Positions 46,890 through 58,379 of a stretch of 64,000 nucleotides of DNA are shown here, one piece after another (the first letter of the stretch is position 1; every line of letters begins with the position of its first letter). The notes beneath the pieces are model-generated. The model searched no databases and was not told the origin of the DNA. It was given only the letters and a program-made list of their open reading frames with translations. The DNA is from a virus (taxonomy: Duplodnaviria; Caudoviricetes), in IMG/VR virus record IMGVR_UViG_2863389319_000001, one strand, 5' to 3'. The position numbers were made by a program, and so were the translations under genes.

Positions 46890-49800
46890 ATGCCCGACGG
46901 CTTCCGGATTGCCACAGCCTTCGTTTCGGTGTCACCCGACATGGACGGCTTCAAAGAGGAGCTGCGGGCCAAGCTGGATGAGGCAACGGCCGGCATGGAG
47001 GGGCGCGCCCGGGTCACCCTCGACACCTCCGAGCTGGACGCCAAGGCAGACGAGGCCAGGGCCAGGGTCGACGAGCTGGACAGTACGAGGGCTGAGCCGT
47101 CGGTTCACCTGAACGACGAGGACTTGGGTGCGCGGGCCGACCAGGCCCGCGCGACCTTGGACGAGCTCGACTCCAAGAGTGCCCGGCCGGACATCGGGCT
47201 GGAGTCCGCTGGCTTGGACGAGCAGGTCGACCGTGCCCGCGAGAAGTTGGACCAGCTCGACGAGAAGCACACCTCTCCGAGCGTAGGCCTGGACACGGCG
47301 GAGTTCGACGCGAAGTTGGACGAGGCGCGGGCGAAGTTGGCCGCGTTCAGCTCGGAGTCTGCGTCGGCTCGCTTGGGCACCTCGGGCTCGTCGGGCGGCG
47401 AGGGCTCGAGCGGTGGCGGCGAGGGTGGTCTGGGCGGGGTGCTGGCGCTGGGGATCGGCAGCCTGATTCCCGGCCTGGGTGGGGCAGCGACTGCGCTGGG
47501 TCTGGGTGGCGCGGCGGGGTTCCTCGGTCTCGGTGGGATCGGTAAGGCGCTGTCGGCGGCGCACCAGTCGGCTCTCAATGTCGGCCTGACACCACAGGAG
47601 TTGGCGTCCACCCAGTTCTCGAACTCGGTGCAGACCCAGCAGGCGCAGGATCAGGTTTCGCAGGCTCGGATGCAGTCCTCGCAGGACGCCATCACGTCGG
47701 CGAACTCCATCGAGCAGTCGCAGATGAACCTGGCCTCGGTACAGAGGAATGCCGCCGAGCAGCAGGTCCAGGCGCTGCAGTCAGTGAAGCAGGCGCAGCA
47801 GGGTGTTGAGGAAGCCGACTACAGCCTGTCGGAGGCGCAGTACAACCTCAGCCAGGCGTGGGAGGCGGCCCGCGAGCAGATCAGGCAGCTGGACGACCAG
47901 CTCGCCGACTCCAAGCTCAACGTGCAGCAAGCTCAACTGGCCATCCAGCAGGCCGAGTATCAGCAGCGGCTGACCAACCAGAACGCGTACTCCACCAGCA
48001 TCGACCGGCAGCAGGCCGCGCTCGCTGTCGCGCAGGCTCAGCAGCAGCTGACTGACGCGCAGGACCAGCAGACCGCGTCGGCGTACGCGGCGAACCTTGC
48101 CCACCAGCAGGGCGTTGCCGGTTCCCAGACGGTCATCCAGGCGCAGCAGGCGGTGACCGCCGCGCAGTATGGGCAGGCGGATTCACACGCGAGTCTGACC
48201 GAGGCGCAGAGTCAGGCCACGCTGACGCAGCTGAACAATACGGACCAGATCAAACAGGCGCAGATGCAGCTGGCTGCGGCAGAGGAACAGGCCTCCTATC
48301 AGCGCGAGATGGACGCCCGGAACGTGGCGATCGCCGAGCGGGCTGTCACGGACACGCTGCGGGAGCAGCAGCTGCAGATGGCCGCGACGATGTCCACGTC
48401 GAATGAGGCGGCGAACGAGTTCGCGAAGGATATGGCGCGACTGTCGCCGGCGGCGCAGCAGGTCGTCGAGCAGGTCCTGAGCATGCAGGGCGCGTTCAAG
48501 AACTTGGAGACGGCAGCGCAGAACGCCATCGCCCCGGGCCTGTTGGTCTTCCTGCAGGGCGTGTCGGCGATGATGCCGGAGATCACGGTTGCGGTCACCA
48601 AGATGGCGACGTTGATCTCGAATGCGTTCGCCGACCTCGGCCGGGCGATGCAGGCTCCGGCTGCCCAGAAGGTGTTTGCGGGGCTGGTCGACAACGGTCT
48701 GCAGTTCGCTCAGATCGTGGTGCCGGCGTTCGCTGGGTTCGTGGGTGAGCTGCTGAAGATCGGTTCGGCGCCGGGGGCGTCGAGCGGCCTGGCGAACCTG
48801 CTGGCCGGTATCGGACATGCCCTGACCGGGCTGACGGCGAGCGTCGGTAAGTACACGCCGCAGATCAACAATTTCCTGAGTGCGGTCGGTGTGATCATCG
48901 CGCAGATCGGCCCTCCGCTCGGCGTGATCATCGGTCAGGTGGCCAAGGCCCTGGGGCCGCTGGCGACGTACCTGAACGCCCACCCCAACGGCACGGTCGT
49001 CAAGGTGCTGGGTGACATCGTCGCCGGGATGCTCGCCCTCCAAGGCCTCAAGAAGATCATCCCCGATGTCTTGCTCGGGCCGTTGGAGAAGGCTGGCGAC
49101 AAGGCGCTCCTGGGTCCGCTCAAGAGCACCTTGAAGTCGATCCCGGGCCTTTTCAAAGACTCGCTCGGACCAGGTGGCGGCTGGGACTACCTGGTGCAGT
49201 CCACCAAGGACGTGGGCGGCAAAGTCGCCGAGACTGTGTCTGGCTGGGGCTCGAACATCGCCAGTGCGGTGAAGAGCGCCATGCCGACCAGCCTGGACGC
49301 CAGGTTGCTGCTTCAGTCGGCGAGGGACGCTGGCTCGCAGTTGGCTGGGCGGTTCACAAGCGCGGCGAGCTCAGTGGGAACGTGGTTCACGACGACGCTT
49401 CCCGCGGCGACCAGCTCTGGCATGACGGCGCTCGGCACGTTTGCGTCGAACGCTGGTCAGACACTGGGCACTTGGGGTTCGTCCGTGGGTAGCGCCATGA
49501 GCGGCGCTGCCTCCAGCGTCGCTGCCTTCGTCGCTGACTTCGGCTCGAAGATGGCTGCTGCGGCGGTTGCGACGGGCACATGGATTGCTGAACAGACAGT
49601 GGCGGCAGCAATATTCATCGCCGAGAACGTGGCGGAAGCCGCAGCAGCAACTGCGGCGTTCGTCGCGGAGAACGCCGCGTCACTTGGCATCGTGGCCGCG
49701 ATCGGCCTTGTCGTCGCCGCGGTTGTCTACCTGGCGACGCACTGGAAGCAGGCGCTGGACGCGATCGAGGCGGCGGCGCTGTGGCTGTGGCACAACGTGC

Positions 49801-51266
49801 TCGACCCTTTCTGGCAGGGGATCGAGTCCGGGGCGATTTGGTTGTACGACCACGGGATCGCACCGCTGGTGAGCGGCTTTACCGACGGTTTCCGTGCAAT
49901 CGAGTCCGCAGCGTCCTGGCTCAAGGATCATGTCTTTGCGCCGCTTTTTTCTGACATCGAGTCCGGCGCCGAAGCCTTCGTCAAAGCCTTCGACACCGCC
50001 TGGTCCAAGCTCGAAGACATTTTCAAAACGCCCATCAACTTCCTGATCACCACGGTGTACACCAACGGGCTCGAGTCCCTGTGGAACGGCGTTGTCGGTG
50101 CGATCGGCCAGGACAGCCTGAAGTTGCCGGACATCAAGACCCTGGCGTCGGGAGGCGTGATCCCAGGCTATGCGCCTGGCCAGGACACGGTGCCCGCGAT
50201 GCTGTCCCCTGGCGAGGGCGTCCTGGTACCGGAGGCCGTGCAGGCGCTGGGACCGCAGACGGTCCTCGCACTGAACGCGGCCTACGGCGGCGGGCGTGCG
50301 TCAACGCCGGGGCACTACAGCGGCGGCGGGATCAGCGGGATCGCCAGCAGTCTCTGGCACAAGGCCACCGGCGCCCTCAGTAAATCCTGGGACATTGGGA
50401 AGATTGTCGCGGCGGTCATGACCGGTAACACCACGGCGCTCGACAATGCACTGGGGAATCTGGTCGGAACGCAGAACGCAGCTGGGAACTTCGCGAAACT
50501 GATGATCGGCGTGCCGACCTCACTGATCCATGACATGGTTCAGGCGATCGGTGGGATCTTCGGCGGCAAGTCCTCGGGCGGAAACGGAAGTGGCGCACTT
50601 CCCACAGGCAGTTCCGGAGCGGTCGGTAACCTTCCCGCAAACTGGAATCAGATTGCTAGCTTCCTGGCGTCCAATGGGTTCACCCAGATGGCTGCCGCAG
50701 GTGTGGCAGGCAACATCATGGCCGAGTCCGGCGGTAACCCGGAGATCCTGGAGATCGGTGGCGGTGGCGGTGGCGGTCTGATCCAGTGGACGCCATATCC
50801 GCGCGGGTACATCACTGGCAACTTGCAGGCGGACCTGATGACTCAGCTCAATGCGATCCTGTCGTGGGGTGGCGGCCCGAGCCTCGTCAACAAGGCTACA
50901 AGCCCGTCGAATGCGGCCGAGATCTACCAGGATTACTACGAGCGGCCGGCGAACCTCACCGCCTCACTTCCTCTACGGATGGCGTCTGCGAATGCGGTCT
51001 ATGAGGCAATGAACTGGAAGGCCTACGACTCGGGCGGCTGGTTGATGCCCGGCGATATGCCGGTCAATGGGCTCGGACGGCCGGAGGCGGTGTTGACGCC
51101 GGATCAGTCCGTGTGGTTGAAGACCATGGCGCAGAACAGTGCAGCGCACGGCGCTGCGGATGCGGGTAAGCAGGTTGTCATCCACTTCCATGGCACCCAG
51201 TACCCGACCGCCGAGCAGATGGCCGCCATCCAGCGGGAGATGGGCCTCGCACTCAGCGGGGGCTGA
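46890..51266 (+). CDS. tape measure protein with C-terminal tail lysozyme domain
   Basis: 1458 aa, Ala/Gln coils, W-spaced repeats; AAAGVAGNIMAESGGNP...GLIQWT. Confidence 0.93.
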   Translation: MPDGFRIATAFVSVSPDMDGFKEELRAKLDEATAGMEGRARVTLDTSELDAKADEARARVDELDSTRAEPSVHLNDEDLGARADQARATLDELDSKSARPDIGLESAGLDEQVDRAREKLDQLDEKHTSPSVGLDTAEFDAKLDEARAKLAAFSSESASARLGTSGSSGGEGSSGGGEGGLGGVLALGIGSLIPGLGGAATALGLGGAAGFLGLGGIGKALSAAHQSALNVGLTPQELASTQFSNSVQTQQAQDQVSQARMQSSQDAITSANSIEQSQMNLASVQRNAAEQQVQALQSVKQAQQGVEEADYSLSEAQYNLSQAWEAAREQIRQLDDQLADSKLNVQQAQLAIQQAEYQQRLTNQNAYSTSIDRQQAALAVAQAQQQLTDAQDQQTASAYAANLAHQQGVAGSQTVIQAQQAVTAAQYGQADSHASLTEAQSQATLTQLNNTDQIKQAQMQLAAAEEQASYQREMDARNVAIAERAVTDTLREQQLQMAATMSTSNEAANEFAKDMARLSPAAQQVVEQVLSMQGAFKNLETAAQNAIAPGLLVFLQGVSAMMPEITVAVTKMATLISNAFADLGRAMQAPAAQKVFAGLVDNGLQFAQIVVPAFAGFVGELLKIGSAPGASSGLANLLAGIGHALTGLTASVGKYTPQINNFLSAVGVIIAQIGPPLGVIIGQVAKALGPLATYLNAHPNGTVVKVLGDIVAGMLALQGLKKIIPDVLLGPLEKAGDKALLGPLKSTLKSIPGLFKDSLGPGGGWDYLVQSTKDVGGKVAETVSGWGSNIASAVKSAMPTSLDARLLLQSARDAGSQLAGRFTSAASSVGTWFTTTLPAATSSGMTALGTFASNAGQTLGTWGSSVGSAMSGAASSVAAFVADFGSKMAAAAVATGTWIAEQTVAAAIFIAENVAEAAAATAAFVAENAASLGIVAAIGLVVAAVVYLATHWKQALDAIEAAALWLWHNVLDPFWQGIESGAIWLYDHGIAPLVSGFTDGFRAIESAASWLKDHVFAPLFSDIESGAEAFVKAFDTAWSKLEDIFKTPINFLITTVYTNGLESLWNGVVGAIGQDSLKLPDIKTLASGGVIPGYAPGQDTVPAMLSPGEGVLVPEAVQALGPQTVLALNAAYGGGRASTPGHYSGGGISGIASSLWHKATGALSKSWDIGKIVAAVMTGNTTALDNALGNLVGTQNAAGNFAKLMIGVPTSLIHDMVQAIGGIFGGKSSGGNGSGALPTGSSGAVGNLPANWNQIASFLASNGFTQMAAAGVAGNIMAESGGNPEILEIGGGGGGGLIQWTPYPRGYITGNLQADLMTQLNAILSWGGGPSLVNKATSPSNAAEIYQDYYERPANLTASLPLRMASANAVYEAMNWKAYDSGGWLMPGDMPVNGLGRPEAVLTPDQSVWLKTMAQNSAAHGAADAGKQVVIHFHGTQYPTAEQMAAIQREMGLALSGG

Positions 51267-51342
51267 TCGCACGCAGGCCGCGGACCCTGTGCGCTGACGC
51301 ATCGGGCCCGCGGCCGCCCAGCAACCGAGGAGGCCAGCAACG

Positions 51343-52596
51343 ATGCCGAGCGCCCTGGCAGGTTCCCCTTGGACGCTGTATCTGAATTTCTACAACGAGG
51401 GCTCCGGGACGCTCACCGACCCGACCTCGGTGCAGCTCGACATCACCTACGGCACCGAGCTCGGTTTCGCCCCGGAGGTCGCCGGCCCTTTCACCTACCA
51501 GGGGGCCTCTTCCCCGGCCGCCGGGCAGGTGTGGCGCATCGGGGTGGGCCAGTACGCCTACATCTGGCCTGTCCCGCTCGGCGCCGCCCAGGGCGTGTAC
51601 GTGGCGAACTGGTCCTGCGTTTTCGACGGCGACACGTTCCTCGGTGTCGAGAATTTCCCCGTCACCGGTGGCGCCACGCCGGCAGTACCGTCCGGCGACA
51701 CGGGTTTCTGGACCGGCGGGATCATCTACAGCGCCGCGGGCATAGACATCGAGTTCGGGTCCACCGACAGCAACGGCATCACCTGGCTGTGGCAGAAGAT
51801 CCAAGGTTGGGACGGCCCCGACGTGCAGGGCGGAGGTGTGATCGCCCGCTCCGGCGATCACGGCGCCTGGGCGTCGCCGCAGTATTTTGCGGCCCGCACA
51901 ATGACTCTCACGGTGACGGCCTCGGCGCCCACTCAGACTCTGCGGGACGTCGCCAGGGCCAGACTGCAGCAAGCCGTCCCGGTCAGCGACTTGGCGATGC
52001 TGCGCTACGACGAGCCGGTGCCCACATACTCGTGGGTCAGGCGCTCGGGGAAAATCACTGAGGCGTATCCGACGCTCACCGACGTCACCTTCACCATCGG
52101 CTTGGTGGCGCCGGATCCGCGCAAATACGCGGTGGCACAGCGCTCGCTGCCCATCGGCCTGCTGCCCTCAGGCGGGGGCGGCTCGATGGTCGAGCCGTTC
52201 ACGGTGCCGTTCGGGCTCGCATCGGCACCCCCGCCGGGCGGCGGGACGGCCGTGAACGCCGGCTCGTTCATCTCCCCGCCCGTGATCGTCGTTGCGGGGC
52301 CGATCAGTAGCCCGGCTCTGACGAATCTGACGAGCGGCCAGACCGTCTCCTGGTCCTCACTGACCCTCAACACCGGTGACGTCTTCGTCGTCGACTTCCT
52401 CAACCGGCAGGGGTTCGTCAACCCGACCATGCTGTCCACCGCCCCCGGCTTCCCCTCCACCGGCGGAACCTACTGGCCTGCGGATCCGTCCTCGTCCTGG
52501 TGGCAACTGGCGCCCGGTACGACGTCGATCCAACTGGGCGGCACGGCTGCGGCATTGGCGAGTGCCACCGCGTACTGGCAGGACGCGTGGATCTGA
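51343..52596 (+). CDS. distal tail (Dit-like) protein with N-terminal extra domain
   Basis: GWDGPDV, HGAW..P, LVAPDPRKY, WWQLAPG. Confidence 0.8.
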   Translation: MPSALAGSPWTLYLNFYNEGSGTLTDPTSVQLDITYGTELGFAPEVAGPFTYQGASSPAAGQVWRIGVGQYAYIWPVPLGAAQGVYVANWSCVFDGDTFLGVENFPVTGGATPAVPSGDTGFWTGGIIYSAAGIDIEFGSTDSNGITWLWQKIQGWDGPDVQGGGVIARSGDHGAWASPQYFAARTMTLTVTASAPTQTLRDVARARLQQAVPVSDLAMLRYDEPVPTYSWVRRSGKITEAYPTLTDVTFTIGLVAPDPRKYAVAQRSLPIGLLPSGGGGSMVEPFTVPFGLASAPPPGGGTAVNAGSFISPPVIVVAGPISSPALTNLTSGQTVSWSSLTLNTGDVFVVDFLNRQGFVNPTMLSTAPGFPSTGGTYWPADPSSSWWQLAPGTTSIQLGGTAAALASATAYWQDAWI

Positions 52597-52638
52597 CGGC
52601 CCACACATCAGTCCCCGTAACGACGCTTGGGAGGGCTC

Positions 52639-53718
52639 ATGGCCACATCTCAGACCACCAGCCTGCCTATGTGGCTGGCTGGTTGCACCTACGACGGCTC
52701 CGGCGGCAATGACCTGCGCAACAGCGGGATCACGGCGTTCTTCTTCGACCCGGGGATCGTCACGGGCTCCACCATCGGGCTGCGCAGCGGCGTGGTGGGC
52801 GGCGCTGGCCTTGTCGTCACCCCCGGTACCGGCATGAACGTGCTCGTGCAGCCCGGGTCGTTCGTGGTCGCCAACACCGCGAGCGCGGTTGCCGGCGGTT
52901 ACGCGTCGACGCTCCCTTCGCAGGCGACGCTGGCCGTGGCGACCGCCGATCCGACGAACCCGCGGCTGGACATCATCGTCGCCTACGTTTCGGACTCGGG
53001 TACCTCGGCCTCGTTCGGCGCCGTCGAGATCATCACTGGCGCTGCGGCGCCGTCTCCATCCGTTCCCTCCGCGCCCGCGAACTCGATCACCCTGGCGCAG
53101 TTGTCGGTCCCCGCGACCACGACGTCCATCACCAGTGGTCTCCTGGCGGACCTGCGCCCGTTCACCACCACCACCGGCGGGATCCTCCGCGCCTCCAAAG
53201 GCAGCGTGACGGGCTACACCGGTCAGCTCGCCTACGATCCACCATCCAGCTCCTTCTATCACAACAACAACACCAGCAACGCCACGCAGATGCGAGTGCT
53301 GCCGTGGGCGCCGATGCTCACCACCCGCAGCGCCAGCTTCACTTGGGGCGGCACCGAAACCACGGTCCTGTCGGTGCCGGTGACATGCGACGGCTACACC
53401 GACATAGAGATCTTCTTCAAGTGGCCCGGCGTGTACTCCACCCACGGCAGTGCCTTCAGTTTCAACGTCGTCTTCCGCATGTACATCGACAGCACCCAGG
53501 TGGATGCCTACTTCACCCCGAACGACATCGCGGACGGCAACGCCCACTCCGGCGGGTCATGGTCCTACTACACGTCAGGCACCACCGGCGACACCCCGTC
53601 AGCCGGGGCGCACACCGTCAAAGTCACCTGCCAAAACCTGTCCGGGACCTACACCACCGGCATCTACGGCCTGAGCAACAACAAGCAAATTCTGCGGGTC
53701 AAGCCCGCATCCCTGTAG
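52639..53718 (+). CDS. minor tail protein
   Basis: TADPTNPRLDIIVA, PSAPANSITLA. Confidence 0.75.
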   Translation: MATSQTTSLPMWLAGCTYDGSGGNDLRNSGITAFFFDPGIVTGSTIGLRSGVVGGAGLVVTPGTGMNVLVQPGSFVVANTASAVAGGYASTLPSQATLAVATADPTNPRLDIIVAYVSDSGTSASFGAVEIITGAAAPSPSVPSAPANSITLAQLSVPATTTSITSGLLADLRPFTTTTGGILRASKGSVTGYTGQLAYDPPSSSFYHNNNTSNATQMRVLPWAPMLTTRSASFTWGGTETTVLSVPVTCDGYTDIEIFFKWPGVYSTHGSAFSFNVVFRMYIDSTQVDAYFTPNDIADGNAHSGGSWSYYTSGTTGDTPSAGAHTVKVTCQNLSGTYTTGIYGLSNNKQILRVKPASL

Positions 53719-53724
53719 GCGCCG

Positions 53725-54933
53725 ATGGCTACCTACACCTACCAGGCAACGGACCTGATCAGTGGCGCCGTCCTCGCCGACAATCTCCCGCTCACCGTGC
53801 AGAACTTCAGCGTCCAACTCAACGGCTCCGGCACCCTCACCGCGCAACTCCCCCTCAACGAGGTCTATGCCGTCAACGCGCCCTTCGTCGCCGCCCTGGA
53901 ATGCCGGCGCGCCGTCCTGTGGGTTCTGGCTGACGGCTACCCGGTGTGGGCCGGCGTGGTGTGGGACTGGCCGGACACCAGCCGCAGCCAGGGCGTCCTG
54001 CCGATCCAAGCGCAGACCTTCGACAGCATCTGGTCACACCGCTTGATTACCGACACTCTCGAGTACCAAGCCGTCGACCTGTTCCAGGCGTTCATCGACC
54101 TGGTGAACTACGGCACCAGCAAGCAGAGCTCTTACATCGCCACCGGTGTATCGCCGGCGGCGACCCGCACGGCCGCCTACCTGCAGATGGTCGCCGCGAG
54201 CGGGCCAGTGGCACGCCTGGTGCTGCCCTCAGGATCAGCCACCATGGCAGGCGTCCCCTGGACGGCCTCCTATGTCTGGTCGGATCTCACCCAGATCAGC
54301 TCGACCTGGTCCGACATGTGCTCCAGCGGCCAACTGGAGTTCGCTTTCACGCCCGGCCTGGACTCCTCGGGCAACCTCGCGGTATTCCTGCGACTGGCCT
54401 ACCTCCAACTGGGCCGCACCGCACAGCAGGCCGGATACACGCTCAGCTACCCGGGCAACTGCCCGGACTACGGCTACCAGCGCACCGGCAGCCAGTCCAG
54501 CAACGTCGTGTGGGCGACAGCCCCACCCAACGGGAGCGCACAGCAGTGGCAGTCGGTATACCCGCACGGCGCCGACACCGGCGACCTCGGCGCCGGCTAC
54601 CCGCTGATGGAATCCACCGCCTCGTGGCAGGGCTCAGTCGTCACCTCCCAAGCCCAGATCGACTCGTGGGCGGACGGACAGGTCGCCCTGAAAACGCAGG
54701 CCATGACCCTGCCGGTCATCGCGGTCGGCGGATCGGGATACCCGAGGCTGCGGGACATCACCCTCGGCGACTCCACCACATTCATCGCAACGTCCGCCCT
54801 GCATCCCGCGCAGCCGAACGGCGCGCCAGGCCTGAGCATCCCGGTGCGGGTCACGGGATGGACGGCGTACCCGCCCGGTCCGAACCAGGCCGAGTCCTAC
54901 CAGCTGACCACATCCGGAGTGATCGCCGCCTGA
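53725..54933 (+). CDS. minor tail (Tal/hub-like) protein
   Basis: YTYQATDLISG, PVWAGVVW, GYPLME. Confidence 0.75.
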   Translation: MATYTYQATDLISGAVLADNLPLTVQNFSVQLNGSGTLTAQLPLNEVYAVNAPFVAALECRRAVLWVLADGYPVWAGVVWDWPDTSRSQGVLPIQAQTFDSIWSHRLITDTLEYQAVDLFQAFIDLVNYGTSKQSSYIATGVSPAATRTAAYLQMVAASGPVARLVLPSGSATMAGVPWTASYVWSDLTQISSTWSDMCSSGQLEFAFTPGLDSSGNLAVFLRLAYLQLGRTAQQAGYTLSYPGNCPDYGYQRTGSQSSNVVWATAPPNGSAQQWQSVYPHGADTGDLGAGYPLMESTASWQGSVVTSQAQIDSWADGQVALKTQAMTLPVIAVGGSGYPRLRDITLGDSTTFIATSALHPAQPNGAPGLSIPVRVTGWTAYPPGPNQAESYQLTTSGVIAA

Positions 54934-54949
54934 AGGGGGGTGAGCAGCT

Positions 54950-55255
54950 GTGACCCTGTATCCGGCGGAACTGGCCAAACGGTTCGCCATCACCATCGCG
55001 GAGATCCAGCGGCGCCTCACCAGGTTGGAGTCCCGCACCGCGGCGATCGACTCGGGCTGGCCCCTCGCAGCTCTCCCCGCCGTAATCGACTCCGGCTACA
55101 CCAGCGGCGATCCAAGCGCCTACATCAACGGGGCCACAGCACTGACCGGCCCCTATCAGCACCTCACGTCCTACAGCCCAACAGCCGGGGACAGCGTCCT
55201 CGCACTGCCCGTGGGCACCAACCAGACGTACGTGATCCTCGGCAAGCTGGCCTGA
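54950..55255 (+). CDS. minor tail protein
   Basis: IQRRLTRLES coil; SYSPTAGDSV...YVILG. Confidence 0.7.
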   Translation: MTLYPAELAKRFAITIAEIQRRLTRLESRTAAIDSGWPLAALPAVIDSGYTSGDPSAYINGATALTGPYQHLTSYSPTAGDSVLALPVGTNQTYVILGKLA

Positions 55256-55294
55256 GCCGCCGAACCAACCCCTCACCCACCTAGGAGGACCCGC

Positions 55295-56866
55295 GTGGTC
55301 TCCATGTACGGCGCTATCGACAAGGTCAGCAAGACGGGTGACACCATGACCGGCCCGCTCGTACTCCCGGCCATGCAGGTCACAAGCGGCCCCGCGAACG
55401 GCAGCCTCCTCACCTCCGACGCCTCGGGCAACGCCTCCTGGCAGATCCCCGGAGCCGTGTCCGGCCTGGACTGGGTCAACGTCAAGACGTACGGGGCAAC
55501 CGGAAACGGGACCACGGACGACACGGCTGCGCTACAAGCCGCCCTCAGCGCCGCCCCTGCCGGCGGAACCGTCTACCTGCCGCCGGGAACCTACCTGGTC
55601 AGTTCGCCGCTCACCGTCAACGGCCTCACCGTCTACGGCGCCAACGCCACATCAACGGCCATACGCATCGCTGCCGGGTTCTCCGGCTCCGAGGCCATCA
55701 ACCTCACCGGGAACGGCAGCATCGTCCAGGGACTGACCGTCACCGGAATCTCGACCACGTACAGCTCGAACCCGGCGTGCGACGCCATCCGCATCACCAA
55801 CGCCATGCGCTGCACCGTTCGTGACGTAGTCGTCACCTACGTCAACGGGTGGAGCGTCAACGTCCTCCCCTCCGGGACCGGCAGCTGCCTGTGGACCATC
55901 CTCGACAGCATCCACACCTACCAGGTCAACCAGGGCATCCACATCCTCGGCGTCACCGGCTCTGGCTACAACGCCGGCGCCTACCTGGTCAACTGCAACG
56001 TCGAGCAGACCGCCGGCGGCGACGGGCTCCTCCTCGAAGACGCCCACGACGTCCTGATCTCCAACCTGGAGGGCTGGAATCTTTCCACCTCCACCGGCAA
56101 CACCCTCCATATCAAGGGCGCGTCCGCCGCGGTATACCTCTCCGGCTTCTCCCTCGGTGGGCTCACGTCAGGAACCCCGCAGGCCCACCCCGTCGTCCTG
56201 GTCGAGTCCGGATCAAATGGGACACCGACGGGCGTCTCCCTGCAAGGCGGGATCATCGAAGCTGGCACGCCGGGCCTGGCGGTAACGGCCGGAACTCAAA
56301 TCGCCTGCTCTGGAACGCAGTTCTTCTCGAACGCCAATTACGGTGTCCAGATCTCCGGCTCCGGCCCGGACGTCCTGTTCAACGGCTGCGCGTTCAGCAC
56401 CAACGGCTACACGGCGGGGGCCAGCAACTTCGATGCGGTCGTCTCCGCGACCGGCGGCTTCGTGAGTTTCCAGCACTGCGACTTCATCACCCCAGGCGGG
56501 TCCTCAAGCGGTCAGGTGGCGTCCGCGGTGAACGCCAACTCGGTTACCAGGGTGCGGGACTGCCATTTCGCGGGCGCATCAGCCTTTGGCGGCGGCGGGG
56601 GCGGCTATCCCAAGGTGGCGCGCGGGAACGCTGGCTACAACCCCGTCGGGCCGCTTACTCCACCGAGCATCCCCTCCTCCGGGACCGTGTTCTCCAGTCC
56701 GTTCGGCGTCGACGCCACGGTTCACGTCTCGGGCGGAACAGTGTCCGCCATCGCCATCGGCGGCACGGCCACCGGCCTGACTGCTGGCACGTTCCGGGTC
56801 CCTGTGACCCAGTCGATCACTCTGACGTACTCGGCAGCTCCGACATGGACCTGGTTCGGCGACTGA
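55295..56866 (+). CDS. tail spike with pectate-lyase-3-like beta-helix
   Basis: VNVKTYGATGNGTTDDTAALQAAL...GGTVYLPPGTYLV. Confidence 0.88.
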   Translation: MVSMYGAIDKVSKTGDTMTGPLVLPAMQVTSGPANGSLLTSDASGNASWQIPGAVSGLDWVNVKTYGATGNGTTDDTAALQAALSAAPAGGTVYLPPGTYLVSSPLTVNGLTVYGANATSTAIRIAAGFSGSEAINLTGNGSIVQGLTVTGISTTYSSNPACDAIRITNAMRCTVRDVVVTYVNGWSVNVLPSGTGSCLWTILDSIHTYQVNQGIHILGVTGSGYNAGAYLVNCNVEQTAGGDGLLLEDAHDVLISNLEGWNLSTSTGNTLHIKGASAAVYLSGFSLGGLTSGTPQAHPVVLVESGSNGTPTGVSLQGGIIEAGTPGLAVTAGTQIACSGTQFFSNANYGVQISGSGPDVLFNGCAFSTNGYTAGASNFDAVVSATGGFVSFQHCDFITPGGSSSGQVASAVNANSVTRVRDCHFAGASAFGGGGGGYPKVARGNAGYNPVGPLTPPSIPSSGTVFSSPFGVDATVHVSGGTVSAIAIGGTATGLTAGTFRVPVTQSITLTYSAAPTWTWFGD

Positions 56867-56943
56867 CCACCACCCGCTCACCCTGAACCTGAACCCTCAA
56901 GCCCCGCCCACGTGCGGGGCTTTCGCATGCTCGGAGGAATCGT

Positions 56944-57822
56944 ATGACCCTCACGTTCCACGGTGGCCGGCTCCCGGCCCAGCCCGCACGCGCCCGGCTG
57001 CGGCTCGGCGACTACCTGACCGGCAGCTTGCCGACTCCGCCAGCCTCGGTCGACTGGCAGTCGCGTGTTGCCAGCTGGCCCATGTTTTCCAACGACTCGG
57101 TCGGTGACTGCACGTGCGCCGCCGTCGGCCATCTCATCGAGGCCGAGACTACCTATGGCCAGGGCACCACGGTCACCGTCGCGGATCAGGATGTCCTGAC
57201 CGCGTACGAGAAGGTGTCAGGCTACAACCCGGCGGACCCCAGCACGGACCAGGGCGCGGTCATCCAGGACGTCCTTGCGTACTGGCAGAAGACAGGAATG
57301 GCCGGACACAAGATCGTGGCGTTCGCCTCCGTGGATGTCTCCAACATGACCGAGATCAAGACCGCGATCAACCTGTTCGGCGCCGTCGACGTGGGCTTCA
57401 ACTTCCCGTCCTCCGCCATGACCCAGTTCAATGCCGGCCAGGAGTGGGACGTCGTCAAGGGCTCTCCGATCGAGGGCGGCCACTGTGTCCCCGTCGGCGC
57501 CTACGCCGCGGACGGCACCCTGATGTGTGTCACGTGGGGCGCGGTGCAGAAGATGACCGCCGCGTTCTGGACGACGTACGTGGACGAGGCGTGGGTCGTC
57601 ATCACCCAGGACTGGCTGAACGCGAAGGGCCTCGATCCGCAGGGCCTGAACCTGTACCAGCTCGGCCAGGACTATGCCGCGCTGACCGGCAAGCCCAACC
57701 CGATCCCCGCGCCGGCCCCGCAGCCTCAGCCGACGCCGAGCCCCACTCCGGCGCCGACGCCGGTGACCGCCCAGCAGCTCGCGGCTGGCGTACGCGCTTA
57801 CCTGACCTCACAGGGGGTGTGA
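56944..57822 (+). CDS. papain-like (C1/C39-type) cysteine peptidase
   Basis: [23 protein letters not shown]. Confidence 0.75.
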   Translation: MTLTFHGGRLPAQPARARLRLGDYLTGSLPTPPASVDWQSRVASWPMFSNDSVGDCTCAAVGHLIEAETTYGQGTTVTVADQDVLTAYEKVSGYNPADPSTDQGAVIQDVLAYWQKTGMAGHKIVAFASVDVSNMTEIKTAINLFGAVDVGFNFPSSAMTQFNAGQEWDVVKGSPIEGGHCVPVGAYAADGTLMCVTWGAVQKMTAAFWTTYVDEAWVVITQDWLNAKGLDPQGLNLYQLGQDYAALTGKPNPIPAPAPQPQPTPSPTPAPTPVTAQQLAAGVRAYLTSQGV

Positions 57823-58379
57823 TGCCACTCTCCGATCTCAGCACGCTGGACATCTACAAGACGGGCGGATTCCCGCCCGGGTACCCGGCTGCCGTCCGCA
57901 CCTTCTACAGCCCCGTCGATGACGTCCACGGTGCCCTGCGCAACATCGTGGCCGCCGCCCAACGGAGCCTCGTCATAGCGATGTACGGATTCGACGACCC
58001 GGAACTCGCCGACATCATCAAGGCAAAGCTGGCCGACCCGACGATCGTCGTGCAGCTCACCCTCGACTCCTCGCAGGCCGGTGGCGTCCACGAGCGGGAG
58101 ATTCTTGCCCACGAGGCCTATCCGGCGTCGTCGGTCGCTGTCGGTCGCTCCGAACGCGGACAGATCATGCACCTCAAGGAAGTCGTAGTCGACGGCCTCG
58201 ACGTCGTCACCGGCTCCACGAACTGGTCGGCCTCCGGCGAGGTCCTGCAGGACAACGCGATGGTCCTGATCCGGGACCCGCTCGTCGCCGCCGAGGCCCG
58301 CGCCAGGATCGACGCCATCCACACCCACATGCTGGCTGCCGCAGCGCACGCCAGTTCTCGGGCAAAGGCGGTGGGATGA
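57822..58379 (+). CDS. single-HKD phospholipase D-family protein
   Basis: [16 protein letters not shown]...TGSTNWS. Confidence 0.85.
   Translation: MPLSDLSTLDIYKTGGFPPGYPAAVRTFYSPVDDVHGALRNIVAAAQRSLVIAMYGFDDPELADIIKAKLADPTIVVQLTLDSSQAGGVHEREILAHEAYPASSVAVGRSERGQIMHLKEVVVDGLDVVTGSTNWSASGEVLQDNAMVLIRDPLVAAEARARIDAIHTHMLAAAAHASSRAKAVG

Noticed and set aside
47590-48400. CAG-rich repetitive DNA in the tape measure gene
   Set aside because: Explained by Gln/Ala coiled-coil coding
27954-56866. Diversity-generating retroelement or invertible tail-fibre switch between the two fibre genes
   Set aside because: No reverse transcriptase, invertase or template/variable repeat pair seen
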